From positions 785,457-849,456 of the forward strand of contig CBDCWI010000002.1 of NCBI GenBank assembly GCA_965223325.1: a stretch of DNA of 64,000 nt. Direction: 5' to 3'. How positions within the stretch are numbered: position 1 is the stretch's first letter; the number at the start of each line of letters is the position of its first letter. Positions 48,646 to 58,605 of the stretch are shown piece by piece. Origin of the DNA: Candidatus Multivoradales bacterium (GTDB taxonomy: Bacteria > Acidobacteriota > Thermoanaerobaculia > Multivoradales > Multivoraceae). The translations under genes were made by a program, and so were the position numbers. The notes beneath the pieces are model-generated. The model was given only the letters and a program-made list of their open reading frames with translations, did no database searches and had not been told where the DNA came from.

Positions 48646-49290
48646 GTGACCGAACCGATCTATCGCGGCATCGTCGACTTCTGCGAAGCGTGCTTCGAAG
48701 AACACGGAGACTCCTACCTGGGGGCTGGCTGGACGCGCAGCGCGGAGCTCGCAGACCTCCGCTACCAGGTGGTTCTCGACCTCGTTCCCGCACAGGGGAG
48801 GCCGGCAAGCCTGCTCGACTTCGGATGCGGTGCCGGCCGCCTCTATGACTACCTGAAACGAACGCAAACGGAGGGCATCGAGTACGCCGGCCTCGATGTC
48901 TCGGAACGGGTGCTCGAATTCGCTCGCGGCAAGTACCCCGAGGTTAGCTTCTACCGCCTCGACCTTCTCGAAGCGCAAAGGAACAAAAGGCCCGTCCAGT
49001 TGCCGGTCTTCGACTACGTCGTCATGAACGGTGTCTTCTCCTATCGCGGTGAGATCGCACGCGACGACATGGTGACCTACCAACAGGAGCTCATCGTAGC
49101 GGCGGCAGAACATGCGCGTCGTGGTCTGGCCTGGAACGTCATGTCGACCTGGGTCGACTGGGAGCGCGACGATCTCTTCCACGTGCCGCTCGATGAGACG
49201 GCAGAGTTCGTGACCAGGACCTTCGGGCGCGAGTTCGTGATTCGGCACGACTATCAGCAGTTCGAGTACACCGTCTATGTCTACCTCTAA
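48646..49290 (+). CDS. Class I SAM-dependent methyltransferase.
   Basis: Motif I LLDFGCGAGRL, acidic post-I (LDVSE), motif II (VVMNGVF). GTG start. Confidence 0.7.
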   Translation: MTEPIYRGIVDFCEACFEEHGDSYLGAGWTRSAELADLRYQVVLDLVPAQGRPASLLDFGCGAGRLYDYLKRTQTEGIEYAGLDVSERVLEFARGKYPEVSFYRLDLLEAQRNKRPVQLPVFDYVVMNGVFSYRGEIARDDMVTYQQELIVAAAEHARRGLAWNVMSTWVDWERDDLFHVPLDETAEFVTRTFGREFVIRHDYQQFEYTVYVYL

Positions 49291-50500
49291 GAGCCTCAGG
49301 AGGCTGGCCGTTTTCGGTGGACACCCTGCGTTTGAGACGGCACTTCACGTCGGCAGGCCGAACCTCGGCGACCTCGAGCGGTTCAGACAACGCGTCGACC
49401 AGGCCTTGGAACGCAACTGGCTCACCAACGATGGGCCTCTCCTGGCCGAGTTCGAAGAGCGGGTCGCCGATCTGCTCGGCGTCGAACACTGCATCGCGAC
49501 CTGCAACGGGACCATGGCACTCGCGATTGCGGGGCGCGCTGCGGGAGTTGAAGGCGAAGTCATCGTGCCCGCGTTTACCTTCGTCGCCACCGCTCACGCC
49601 TTTGATTGGCAGGGCATCAAACCGGTGTTCTGCGACGTTTCACTCGACTCTCATCACATCGACCCCCAGTCGGCCGACAGGGCGATCACCGAGAACACAA
49701 CGGCAATCGTTGGGGTGCACACATGGGGCCGCGCCGCTCCAGTCGAGGCGCTGTCTGCCCTCGCCCAGAGACGGGGTCTCACTCTTCTCTTCGATGCTGC
49801 GCCGGCCTTTTCATGCACGCATGGCGGCACCATGATCGGCGGCTTCGGTCGCGCCGAGGCGCTGAGCTTTCATGCCACCAAGGTAGTCAACACCATCGAG
49901 GGCGGCGCAGTAGTGACCAACGACGGCGAGGTCGCAGAGCGCGCCCGTCGCATGCGCTCCTATGGCTTCGTCGCAACCGACACGGTGGTCTCGACCGGCA
50001 CCAACGCCAAGATGAGTGAGATCTCGGCAGCCATGGGCCTGACCTCGCTCGAGAGCCTCGAGGAGTGGAGGGCCCACAACCGCGAGAACCACGAGCACTA
50101 CCAACGGGGGCTCCTGGGCCTTCCAGGTCTCCGACTGCTGGGCTACCCAGAGGGCGAGCGAAGCGTCTTTCACAACGTTGTCGTCGAAGTCGACGGGGCG
50201 GAAGCCGGGCTCACGAGGGACGTGCTACACGACGTTCTGGTGGCCGAGAACGTTCTGGTGCGCCGCTACTTCTTCCCCGGATGCCACCGCATGGAGCCCT
50301 ACCGCTCGCGCGCTGCCAGTGCCAACGCCCCAGCGCTCTCGCTCGCCAACACCGAGCGCCTCTCTCACACCGTCCTCTCGCTACCCACCGGCACCCAACT
50401 CGGGGGTCCAGAGATCGACCGTATATGCGGCATCGTGCGTTCAGCCCTTGCGGAACCTGGCGAGGTGACCCGTCGTGTAGGCCAGGTCAAAAGAGGGTAA
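49277..50500 (+). CDS. DegT/DnrJ/EryC1/StrS-family PLP-dependent sugar aminotransferase.
   Basis: Typical N-terminal region (LAEFEERVADLLGVEHCIATCNGTMAL) and PLP-Lys region (SFHATKVVNTIEGG). Overlaps the MTase stop by 14 nt. Confidence 0.85.
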   Translation: MSTSKSLRRLAVFGGHPAFETALHVGRPNLGDLERFRQRVDQALERNWLTNDGPLLAEFEERVADLLGVEHCIATCNGTMALAIAGRAAGVEGEVIVPAFTFVATAHAFDWQGIKPVFCDVSLDSHHIDPQSADRAITENTTAIVGVHTWGRAAPVEALSALAQRRGLTLLFDAAPAFSCTHGGTMIGGFGRAEALSFHATKVVNTIEGGAVVTNDGEVAERARRMRSYGFVATDTVVSTGTNAKMSEISAAMGLTSLESLEEWRAHNRENHEHYQRGLLGLPGLRLLGYPEGERSVFHNVVVEVDGAEAGLTRDVLHDVLVAENVLVRRYFFPGCHRMEPYRSRAASANAPALSLANTERLSHTVLSLPTGTQLGGPEIDRICGIVRSALAEPGEVTRRVGQVKRG

Positions 50501-50508
50501 ACCCTCCG

Positions 50509-51465
50509 ATGAACGTCGAAGCGAAGAGCCCGATGGGGAGCGGGGCGGCCCTCCTCACAGTCGTCGTCACGACCTACAACCACGAGCGCTACATCGAGCA
50601 GGCGCTCGACGGCGTAGGCGCCCAGGTCACGCGATTTGCCTTCGAGGTCGTCGTACTCGACGACTGCTCAACTGACAGAACACCCGCGATCGTGCGGCGC
50701 ATGGCGGAGTCCTCGCCGGTTCCGATGACGCTCGTCCAACCGCCTCAGAACAACAACAACCTCGAGCTCTTCGCCTCGGCCATCGACTCGAGCGGCTCGC
50801 GCTACATCGCCATACTCGACGGTGACGACTACTGGACCGACGAGCACAAGCTGCAAAGGCAGGTCGACTTCCTCGAAGACCACCCGGACTGCGTGCTCTC
50901 GTTTCACAACGTACTTCTCGACCACCACGACGACACCTCACCGCCGAGACCAGAGTACGCCCCCGGACAACTACCGACCTTCAGCGATCGCGACGATCTC
51001 TGGCGCGGCAACTTCGTGCGCACCGCCGCGGTGGTCTTTCGCCGCGATCGCTTCAAGAGCCTGCCTTCCTGGTACAAGACCTGCCCGTTCGGCGACTGGG
51101 AACTTTTCTACTTTCTCGCCGGCTTCGGGCGCCTTGGCTACCTCGACGAACCAATGGCGGCCTACCGGATTCACCAGCAAGGCGCCTGGTCTGGCCGCAC
51201 CTCTCGTGATCAGGCGGAACGTTGCCTCGAGGCCATGGCGGTCATGGAGGCCCACACAACGGCCGAAGACGTCTCGGCAGAGGGTCGTTACTCGCGCAAC
51301 CGACTGCGGGCCGACCTCTATCTCGAAATCGGAGACTGGCCGGCCGCAACCCGCGCCCTGTGGCAGGCGGCCAGGACGGTACCATCGTCTTCGCCGAATC
51401 GTCTGGGCCGCCGCACCAGAGCACTTGGCCAACTTCTCCACACGTTGCCAAAGGCACTCCTGTAG
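50509..51465 (+). CDS. Glycosyltransferase family 2.
   Basis: RBS AAGAGGG. TVVVTTYNHERYIEQALD; DDCSTD; DGDDYW (DxD). The longer upstream ORF extension is rejected. Confidence 0.8.
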   Translation: MNVEAKSPMGSGAALLTVVVTTYNHERYIEQALDGVGAQVTRFAFEVVVLDDCSTDRTPAIVRRMAESSPVPMTLVQPPQNNNNLELFASAIDSSGSRYIAILDGDDYWTDEHKLQRQVDFLEDHPDCVLSFHNVLLDHHDDTSPPRPEYAPGQLPTFSDRDDLWRGNFVRTAAVVFRRDRFKSLPSWYKTCPFGDWELFYFLAGFGRLGYLDEPMAAYRIHQQGAWSGRTSRDQAERCLEAMAVMEAHTTAEDVSAEGRYSRNRLRADLYLEIGDWPAATRALWQAARTVPSSSPNRLGRRTRALGQLLHTLPKALL

Positions 51466-51516
51466 AACGCTCGAGCGGTCGCACTACTGAGGCACGCGCC
51501 CTGGTGGCGCCCCCTC

Positions 51517-52977
51517 TCAGAGCAACGTCGGGTCGATCTCGGCCTCCTGGGTCTTGGTGGTGGCACGCCGGAGGGCGACCCGCCACCAGACGCTCGCCAC
51601 CGCCGCCGACAACCAGCCGCCGAGCAGCATCGAACCGAAGACGAACTCGATCGGTCGGGAGTCGAGGAAGGTGAAGTAGGCCGCCAACGGAACCGAGATC
51701 AAGAGCACCCGGAGAGTGGAGAGGACCAGTTCGGGAGCACCCAGCCCGAGACCCTGGAGCGCGCGACCGAGGAGGATCGAGAACGGGAACATCGGAAAGG
51801 CGAAGGCGACCCAGTGCAGGTACTTCACCGCGACGGCACGAATCGACGGGCTGTCGGTGAACGGCGCGACCAGCCAAGGCGCCGCCAGGAGAAAGAGTGC
51901 TGACACTGCAAGGGCCATCACGAACGCCGAGCGTTGCGCGTAGCGCGCCACCTCCGCCACCAGCTCGAGCCGGCGCGCGCCGTAGAACATTCCGACCAAC
52001 GTCACGAGCGAGTTGGCCATTGCAACCAACGGGAGGACGATGAGCTGGTCGAGCCGTCCGCCAACCTGAAAGGCGGCAACTGCGTCGGGCGAGAACTCGA
52101 CGAGAATGCGGTTGAACGCCCCGCCACCGACCGCCATGACGAAAAAGGAGAGCGACGCCGGCGCACCGATTCGCACCAGGTCGATGAGAATCGGCGGATC
52201 GAGGCGAAATTCTCGAAACGAGAGGTCGGCATGTGCCCGCTTCCGAACGAACAAGAGAAAGGCGAAGATCGACATCGTCAGCGCCTGCGAAACGACTGTT
52301 GCCAGTGCGGCGCCTCGCACGCCCAGGTCGAGCGCGAAGATGAAGATCGGGTCGAGGATGAGGTTCGCGATCGTGCCAATCGCTCCGATCACGACCGGTA
52401 GCTTGACCTCTCCTTCACCAGAGAAGATGGACCGAAAGAGAATCGCCATCACCTGAAAAACAAAACAGAGAGCGATCAGCGAGAAGTAGCTCCAGGCCAG
52501 CGGCAGGAGGGCCTCAGGCACTCCGATCATGGTGAGCAGCTGCGGCCCGTAGCCGAGACCTACGCCACTGAAGAGCAACGTCAAGAGGACTCCCGCCAGC
52601 ACCGCGTGCTGCGCCACCAGGTCGGCCCGCCGCTTGTCTCGTGCTCCGATGGCTCGGGCGATCAGCGACGTGACCGCACTACCGAGACCGAAGGTTGATC
52701 CCATGGCCAGGAACAGGAGCGGCATGTTGAACGCCACCGCAGTCAGAGCGTCGGCACCGACCATGCCAACGAAGATCATGTCGGCGATCGTGTAGAGGGT
52801 GTAGATCGACATGCCGACCATGATCGGTAGCGCCAGGCTCCAGAGGGCACGCTTCGGATCGCGCTGGAACTCCGCCAGGCGCTGTGCGGCTCGATCGTCC
52901 TGGGGACGGTCAGACTCCGGCCGGCTCTTCGGGTTCTGGGCGTGGGGGCTTGGGCTCATCTTCCTCGGGGCACACAA
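51517..52977 (-). CDS. MATE-family / MOP-superfamily transporter (12 TM; possibly a polysaccharide flippase or efflux pump).
   Basis: 12 hydrophobic helices with the MATE-like N-terminal pattern (LALPIMVGMSIYTLYTIADMIFVG). The context next to a glycan-modification gene set makes a flippase role plausible. Confidence 0.75.
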   Translation of the reverse strand: MCAPRKMSPSPHAQNPKSRPESDRPQDDRAAQRLAEFQRDPKRALWSLALPIMVGMSIYTLYTIADMIFVGMVGADALTAVAFNMPLLFLAMGSTFGLGSAVTSLIARAIGARDKRRADLVAQHAVLAGVLLTLLFSGVGLGYGPQLLTMIGVPEALLPLAWSYFSLIALCFVFQVMAILFRSIFSGEGEVKLPVVIGAIGTIANLILDPIFIFALDLGVRGAALATVVSQALTMSIFAFLLFVRKRAHADLSFREFRLDPPILIDLVRIGAPASLSFFVMAVGGGAFNRILVEFSPDAVAAFQVGGRLDQLIVLPLVAMANSLVTLVGMFYGARRLELVAEVARYAQRSAFVMALAVSALFLLAAPWLVAPFTDSPSIRAVAVKYLHWVAFAFPMFPFSILLGRALQGLGLGAPELVLSTLRVLLISVPLAAYFTFLDSRPIEFVFGSMLLGGWLSAAVASVWWRVALRRATTKTQEAEIDPTLL

Positions 52978-53007
52978 GGGGCGCTCATGCCGCCCCGACT
53001 CACGGCA

Positions 53008-53174
53008 CTCTAGTACCCCGTACCATTGAAACGCACAGCGTCTGCGCGGTCCTCGCGCTCGATCTCTGTGTTGTCACTCCTCGACAGATCACCAATATGC
53101 CTGCGTCGTGACGCCTTGATCTCGAGCACGAACATCCGCTCAGCCACTATCCGTTTCAAGGGTACGGGGTACTA
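53008..53174. repeat. Roughly 167-bp element bounded by 24-bp inverted repeats (CTAGTACCCCGTACCATTGAAACG / CGTTTCAAGGGTACGGGGTACTAG, 1 mismatch), with an internal direct repeat CCTTGATCTCGAGC; MITE-like or a large regulatory palindrome.
   Basis: Read directly from sequence in the divergent intergenic region between the MATE transporter and DUF4188 genes. Confidence 0.45.
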
Positions 53175-53326
53175 GTCCCTCGCAGCCGATCGCGACACTT
53201 CCTTGATCTCGAGCGCGACCGTCGACCCGACGGCTACCGGCGGCAGCGCCTCGGCGAAGCGCTGAAACGCTGCCAGCTGGGCTATCCTGGTTTCGTTCTC
53301 CAATCCATGCCTCGAAGGGAGCCGCC

Positions 53327-53858
53327 ATGCTGGGTAGCGAGATCGTCAAGGAGCGCATGACCACCAGCAACGACGACGATATGGTCGTCTTCCTGATCGG
53401 CATGCGCATCAACCGTCTCTTGAAGGTTCACAAATGGCTGCCGGTCTCCCTGAGCGATGAGTCGCATGCTCGAGGAGCTGTATGAGCAGCCCGAACTTGG
53501 ATTCATTCATCACGAGCAATGGTTCGGGCGCACCGCGATCCTGGTGCAGTACTGGCGCTCACTCGACCAACTGATGGCCTATGCCCGCATGCGCGACGCT
53601 CAACACTTGCCGGCCTGGGCAGACTTCAACCGCAGAGTCGGTTCGAACGGTGATGTCGGGATCTGGCACGAGACCTACGCCGTCTCCGCAACGGCCTATG
53701 AGTCGGTCTACAACAACATGCCGCCCTTCGGGCTCGGAAAGGCTCTGGGACTGGTGAGCGCCTCCGCTCGGCGCATGAGTGCTCGCGGGCGTCTCGCTCA
53801 GTCAGACGGTCGCGACGACCCGTTCACACAACAGCCGCGAGAGGAGATCGCGAGTTGA
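53327..53858 (+). pseudogene. DUF4188-family protein, apparently interrupted by a frameshift near 53455-53465.
   Basis: The N-terminal part ([44 protein letters not shown]) is in one frame and stops at 53485. The C-terminal part ([43 protein letters not shown]...) is in the +1 frame from 53457. Together they match the DUF4188 length and pattern. RBS GAAGGGA. Confidence 0.5.
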
Positions 53859-54997
53859 CCGCGCCCGAGGCCACTCGCCTCGAGCACCTCCGCGACCTCG
53901 CAGAGCGGGCCGACCGGGACGCCGATCGCGTCGAAGCAGAATCCTGCTTGCCCGACGAGCTGGTCGCCGACCTCGCACGCACCGGCGCCTTCCGGCGCTG
54001 GGTGCCGCCGCGCCTTGGTGGCGGCGGAGCCTCGCTCGAAGAGGGCCTGGAGGAGATGGAGCTGCTCTCTCGAAGAGATGGGGCACTCGGTTGGATGGCG
54101 ATGATCGGTTCGACCACCTCGGTGCTTTCGGGCTACCTCGAAGAGGCGGTGGCCGAGGAGATCTGGTCCGACCCAGAGGTGCTGGTGTGCGGCGTCACCA
54201 TGCCATCGGGGACGGCCAGAGTCGACGGCGACTCCCTGGTCGCGAGCGGTCGCTGGAGCTGGGGCAGTGGTACCCGCTACGCCGGCTGGATCGGCGGCGG
54301 CTGCATGGTCGACCTGGGAGAGAGGAAGGAACCCTGGTTCGTTGTCTTCGAGCGCAACCAGGTCGTCCTCCACGACGACTGGGACGCCGCAGGACTTCGC
54401 GGCACCGCCAGTGTCACCTTCGAGGTCAACGATGCCCGCGTACCAAAGCAACGCCACGTGCATCTCGGGGTGACCGAGCCCTGGGCCGACGGAGCGATCT
54501 ACCGCGTGCCGATGTGGGGGCTTCTAGCGCTTGGGGTGGCTGCCGTTGCGCTAGGTCTCGGGCGCCGAGCGATCGATGAGCTCTTAGCGATCGCCGAGGG
54601 AAAGCGCTACGCCAGCACCAGGAGAACCCTCGCCCGGCGCGCCACGGTGCAGGCCGAGGTCGGGCGCTGTGACGCCGCCATGCAGGCCGCGCGCGCTCTC
54701 CTCTACGCCGCCGCGAAGGGGCCGGAGGAGCGCCTCGGGAGCAGCGCGGCGGCGCTTTCGATCGAACATCGACGGCGCATGCGTCTGGCGGCAACCCACG
54801 CCACCCGTGCCGCCCTCTCTACCGCCCAAACGATGTTCGATCTCGCCGGTGGCACCGCCGTACACAAGAAGAGCCCCCTGCAGCGTGTCCTGCGCGACGT
54901 AACCGTCGCTGCGCAGCACCAGAGCGTCGCGCTGCGCAACTTCGAGCTCACCGGCCGCATTCTGCTCGGACTGAAAACCGACACCACCCTTCTGTAA
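53855..54997 (+). CDS. Acyl-CoA dehydrogenase-fold flavoprotein (group D flavin monooxygenase / SfnB-HsaA-like).
   Basis: ACAD N-terminal, middle beta-barrel and C-terminal 4-helix pattern. TTG start overlapping the upstream stop. Confidence 0.7.
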   Translation: MTAPEATRLEHLRDLAERADRDADRVEAESCLPDELVADLARTGAFRRWVPPRLGGGGASLEEGLEEMELLSRRDGALGWMAMIGSTTSVLSGYLEEAVAEEIWSDPEVLVCGVTMPSGTARVDGDSLVASGRWSWGSGTRYAGWIGGGCMVDLGERKEPWFVVFERNQVVLHDDWDAAGLRGTASVTFEVNDARVPKQRHVHLGVTEPWADGAIYRVPMWGLLALGVAAVALGLGRRAIDELLAIAEGKRYASTRRTLARRATVQAEVGRCDAAMQAARALLYAAAKGPEERLGSSAAALSIEHRRRMRLAATHATRAALSTAQTMFDLAGGTAVHKKSPLQRVLRDVTVAAQHQSVALRNFELTGRILLGLKTDTTLL

Positions 54998-55017
54998 AGC
55001 ATCGGGGAAAAGACCAT

Positions 55018-55671
55018 ATGGACATCTACGACGCCATGAGCACGCAACGCGCGGTGCGCAAGCTGCGCCCCGATCCCATCCCCGACGACGTTTTGGAGCG
55101 AGTCCTCAAAGCTGCGACCTGGGCGCCCACCGGCGGCAATCTGCAGCCATGGAGAATCGTGGTGGTCGACGACGCCCAACAGAAAGAACGCCTACGCGAT
55201 CTTTACGCGCCGCAATGGAAAAACTTCGCTCTGATCTACCGGCGTCGTTTCGCGCACCTGGAGAGTGAGGAGCGTGACGCTGCGGAGCGCACGCTCGCGG
55301 CCGGCGACTACCTGGCCGAGAACATGGGCCGTGCACCGGTTGTGTTGGTGTTTTGTTTCAACCCCGACTGGATGGCGATCACCGACGCCGAGCAGAACCG
55401 CGTTTCGGTGGTCGGGGGCGCCTCGATCTACCCTGCGGTGCAGAACACACTTCTCGCCTGCCGCTGCGAGGGCCTGGGTTGTGTGCTGACAACCCTGCAC
55501 TGCCAACGTGAGCCCGAAGTCAGAGAGACATTGGCGCTTCCCGAAGGCTGGTACATAGCCGCCACCGTGCCGGTCGGTTACCCGGTAGCGCGCGGCCACG
55601 GCCCCATTTCGCGCAAGAGCGTGGCTGAACTGACCTTCAGGAATCGCTGGCCTGAATCGGCCTCGGACTGA
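55018..55671 (+). CDS. Nitroreductase-family (FMN-dependent) protein.
   Basis: STQRAVRKLRPDPIPDDVLERVLKAATWAPTGGNLQPWRIVVV is a classic nitroreductase N-terminus. RBS GGGGAAAAG. Confidence 0.8.
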   Translation: MDIYDAMSTQRAVRKLRPDPIPDDVLERVLKAATWAPTGGNLQPWRIVVVDDAQQKERLRDLYAPQWKNFALIYRRRFAHLESEERDAAERTLAAGDYLAENMGRAPVVLVFCFNPDWMAITDAEQNRVSVVGGASIYPAVQNTLLACRCEGLGCVLTTLHCQREPEVRETLALPEGWYIAATVPVGYPVARGHGPISRKSVAELTFRNRWPESASD

Positions 55672-55709
55672 CCTCGCATCAACAGCGCAAGTCACCTGGA
55701 GCCGAGAGG

Positions 55710-58490
55710 TCACCCCTCCGGCGTCCACTCCGCAGCCACCTTGACGCGTGGGAAGTCCGGCAGGTGGCGGATCGAATCGAAGCGCGGGTCGAGTTCCAGG
55801 TACTGGCGGGAGACCGGTGACGGGTCCTCGAGCAGGCGCTCAATGATGGCAACCGCTTCCTCTCCGTCACCGAGGCGCGCCAGGACGGCGATCCGCTGGC
55901 GATCCATCCACGCTCGCACCGTGATGTCGGCCTCGTTCGTCATCCGTTGATCGAGCTTCTCGAGCCACCCAAGCGCTTCCTTCTCACGGTCGAGGTGGGC
56001 AGCGGCAAGCGCCGCGCTCACCATATAGCGAGCATCATCCGGTGCCCTCCGCGCCTTGGCGGTGAGGGTTCGAAGAGAGCGCTCGAAAGACGCTCTGGCT
56101 TCGCCCTCGTCGCCCTTCTCGGCCACCGTGATCAGGCCCTCAACGAGATCACGCGGGAAGTAACGCACATCGATCTCCCAGGCCCCTTCGGCGATTTCGT
56201 CGAGGGTGCTGCGCGCCATCGCGAAGTTGCGGTCGAGGTAGTAGTACCAGACGATCTGGTAGGCAAAGACATCGGGGACGCCGCCCGGAAAGCCCAGCAG
56301 TCGCGCTCTCGCACGGTCGGTGTCGCCGCAGCAGTGGACCTCGAGCTCGGCCAGGTAGGCGTGGGCGTAGCCATCGGCTGGTCGCATCTCGAGCAGCAGT
56401 TCGAAATACTCCCGCGCTCTGTCCCAGGACCGCAGGTAGAAGTTGTAGCGCGCCGGGGCCTCGGACCACACGTCGCCCACGGGCCCGAGCCCGAGTGCGC
56501 GCTCGGCGCTGTCGCGCGCCTCCTCGTAGCGGTGGGTGTGCCAAAGGAAAGCCGCATAGGCAGCGTGGCCGCGCGGATCGGGAGCGAGCGTCAGGGCACG
56601 CTGATAGTACTCGTCTGCCAGATCGGGCATTTGTGCCGCGCGAAAGTACTGACCACGCGTGAGGTTGGCCATACCGTGGTCAGGCGCCAGCTCGAGGGCG
56701 CGTTCGGTGAGTTCCGCCGCACGCTCGAGCCTGGCCTCGTCAAGGTCATCGCGATAGATCAACAATTCCGTTCCAGCGACGTAACACATCGCCTCGACGA
56801 ACTCTGGGTCGCGATCGAGCGCCTGTTGGAACATCTCGAGCGCCGCCATCCGCCGAGAACGCAGGGGGTCGGTCAGGCTGTCGGTGTTCTCGAGCTCGAG
56901 GCCCTTGAGAAAGTAGCGGTAAGCCTCGAAGTCACGCGTTGGAACCCGTGCCAGGGAGCGTTCGGAAAGCTCGCCGAGCGAGAGCTCTAAAGCATCGGCC
57001 ACTGAGCGCGCGATCCTGGTTTCCGCTGTTGCAGCGTCTTCGACCGCCAGCACAATGGTGTCGTGCCAGACCTGGCCACCGTCGACCACCGCGACTAAAC
57101 GCGGTTCGATGCGCACCTCACTAAGGCGGTCGTCGCTCACCGTCCATTCGACATGACCCTGGAGGGTGTAGTCGACGCTGTGCCGGCGCGCGACCTCGTG
57201 GTTGGACACCGGGGCGTCGGCTGGAACCAGACTCCAGAGCAGGGTCATCTCCTGAACTTGCGACAGCCGGACCTCGAGTTCGTCCGAGAGACCTCTCGTT
57301 AAGTCGAGGAGGGAATCGGGACCCTCATGGGTGAACGGCATGACGGCAACCCGTGGTTTAGGGGCCGGCGGCGGAGCGGTTTGACGCTCGAGGCCCCACC
57401 AGGTCACCAGGCCGAGGAGCAGCACCGCCGTCGCTGCCGCCAGCCAGGTCCAACGACGCCGCGGTGCCTGGGTGGCCTCGAAGGCGCGCAGGTAGGCATC
57501 GGAGAGGTCCAACTGGTGAAGCCGCACCAGCTCTTCCTTGACTTCCGAGGCGCTTCGGTAGCGATCACCGGGTTTCTTGGCCAGACAACGATGAATGATG
57601 CGCGCCAGCTCCGGTGAAACGTCATCACGCAGGGAACGCACCGGTACCGGCTCGTCTTCCTGCACCGCACGCATGACCTCGGGGCCGCTGTCGCCCTCGA
57701 AGGGACGTTGGCCGGTTGCCATCTCATACAAGAGGACACCGAGCGAGAAGACGTCCGACGTCGCATCGACTTTCTCGCCACGCATCTGCTCAGGCGAACC
57801 GTACGCGACGGTGCCGACGACGTTGCCGGTGCGCGTCAGGGAGAAGTCGGCGCTGCTATCGGTGAGGCCGTGCGCGGTGCCACTCTCACCCTCATCGGAC
57901 CACTTGGCAAGACCGAAATCGAGAACTTTGATCGCCCCCGACTCACTGACCATGATGTTTGCTGGTTTGAGGTCACGGTGAGTGATCCCTGCCGCGTGGG
58001 CGGCACCCACCGCGTCGGTCAGCGGGATGGCGTAGTCGAGCAGCTGACGAATCGCCAGCCCGCCCTCGCCGATGACCGCCGCCAGCGACGTTCCATTGAC
58101 CAACTCGATGGTCAAGAACGGCCGGCCCTCGTCTTCCTCGACCGAGTACAGAGTGACGATGTGAGGATGGTTGAGAGCGGCGACTGCGCGGGCCTCACGC
58201 TTCAAGCGACGGCGGCGCTCGGGGTCGGAGCCGAAGTCCTCCGGCAGCACCTTGACGGCCACCCGACGGTCGAGTGACGGATCGACCGCTTCGTAGACCG
58301 CTCCCATGCCACCACGGCCGAGTTCGCGCAGGATGCGGTAGCGCCCCATCGTCTCGAGACGGTGGGGGGAGGGAAAGGACTGTGCGAAAGACAGGGCGCT
58401 GCCTGCTTCGAGCGGCGCTTCCCCGATTCCCGCGTCGCTCGAAAGTTCTGCCTGGCTGGCTGCCGGAGGCCTGGGCCTCTTGTTGGGCAT
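55710..58490 (-). CDS. Serine/threonine protein kinase with a single TM helix and an extracytoplasmic domain with C-terminal TPR repeats.
   Basis: Kinase motifs GRGGMGAVYEA, VAVKVL, HRDLKPANIMV, DFGLA, SPEQ. TM helix WTWLAAATAVLLLGLVTWW. Multiple TPR-like repeats. Confidence 0.85.
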   Translation of the reverse strand: MPNKRPRPPAASQAELSSDAGIGEAPLEAGSALSFAQSFPSPHRLETMGRYRILRELGRGGMGAVYEAVDPSLDRRVAVKVLPEDFGSDPERRRRLKREARAVAALNHPHIVTLYSVEEDEGRPFLTIELVNGTSLAAVIGEGGLAIRQLLDYAIPLTDAVGAAHAAGITHRDLKPANIMVSESGAIKVLDFGLAKWSDEGESGTAHGLTDSSADFSLTRTGNVVGTVAYGSPEQMRGEKVDATSDVFSLGVLLYEMATGQRPFEGDSGPEVMRAVQEDEPVPVRSLRDDVSPELARIIHRCLAKKPGDRYRSASEVKEELVRLHQLDLSDAYLRAFEATQAPRRRWTWLAAATAVLLLGLVTWWGLERQTAPPPAPKPRVAVMPFTHEGPDSLLDLTRGLSDELEVRLSQVQEMTLLWSLVPADAPVSNHEVARRHSVDYTLQGHVEWTVSDDRLSEVRIEPRLVAVVDGGQVWHDTIVLAVEDAATAETRIARSVADALELSLGELSERSLARVPTRDFEAYRYFLKGLELENTDSLTDPLRSRRMAALEMFQQALDRDPEFVEAMCYVAGTELLIYRDDLDEARLERAAELTERALELAPDHGMANLTRGQYFRAAQMPDLADEYYQRALTLAPDPRGHAAYAAFLWHTHRYEEARDSAERALGLGPVGDVWSEAPARYNFYLRSWDRAREYFELLLEMRPADGYAHAYLAELEVHCCGDTDRARARLLGFPGGVPDVFAYQIVWYYYLDRNFAMARSTLDEIAEGAWEIDVRYFPRDLVEGLITVAEKGDEGEARASFERSLRTLTAKARRAPDDARYMVSAALAAAHLDREKEALGWLEKLDQRMTNEADITVRAWMDRQRIAVLARLGDGEEAVAIIERLLEDPSPVSRQYLELDPRFDSIRHLPDFPRVKVAAEWTPEG

Positions 58491-58605
58491 CGACCCGTAT
58501 TGTACCGGCCCCGGTTCCGGTATCGTCGCTTTCAAGTCACCGTCCTTCGCATCGACCACAATCGATCCAGCGGATCGAGAGGCCTGCGCACGCTTTTTGG
58601 GGGTT

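Noticed and set aside
58491-58605. Small inverted repeats (TACCGG..CCGGTA; CGATCC agc GGATCG) in the kinase/PIG-L divergent region as operator sites.
   Set aside because: The arms are short (6 bp) and GC-rich, so such palindromes are expected by chance at this GC content.
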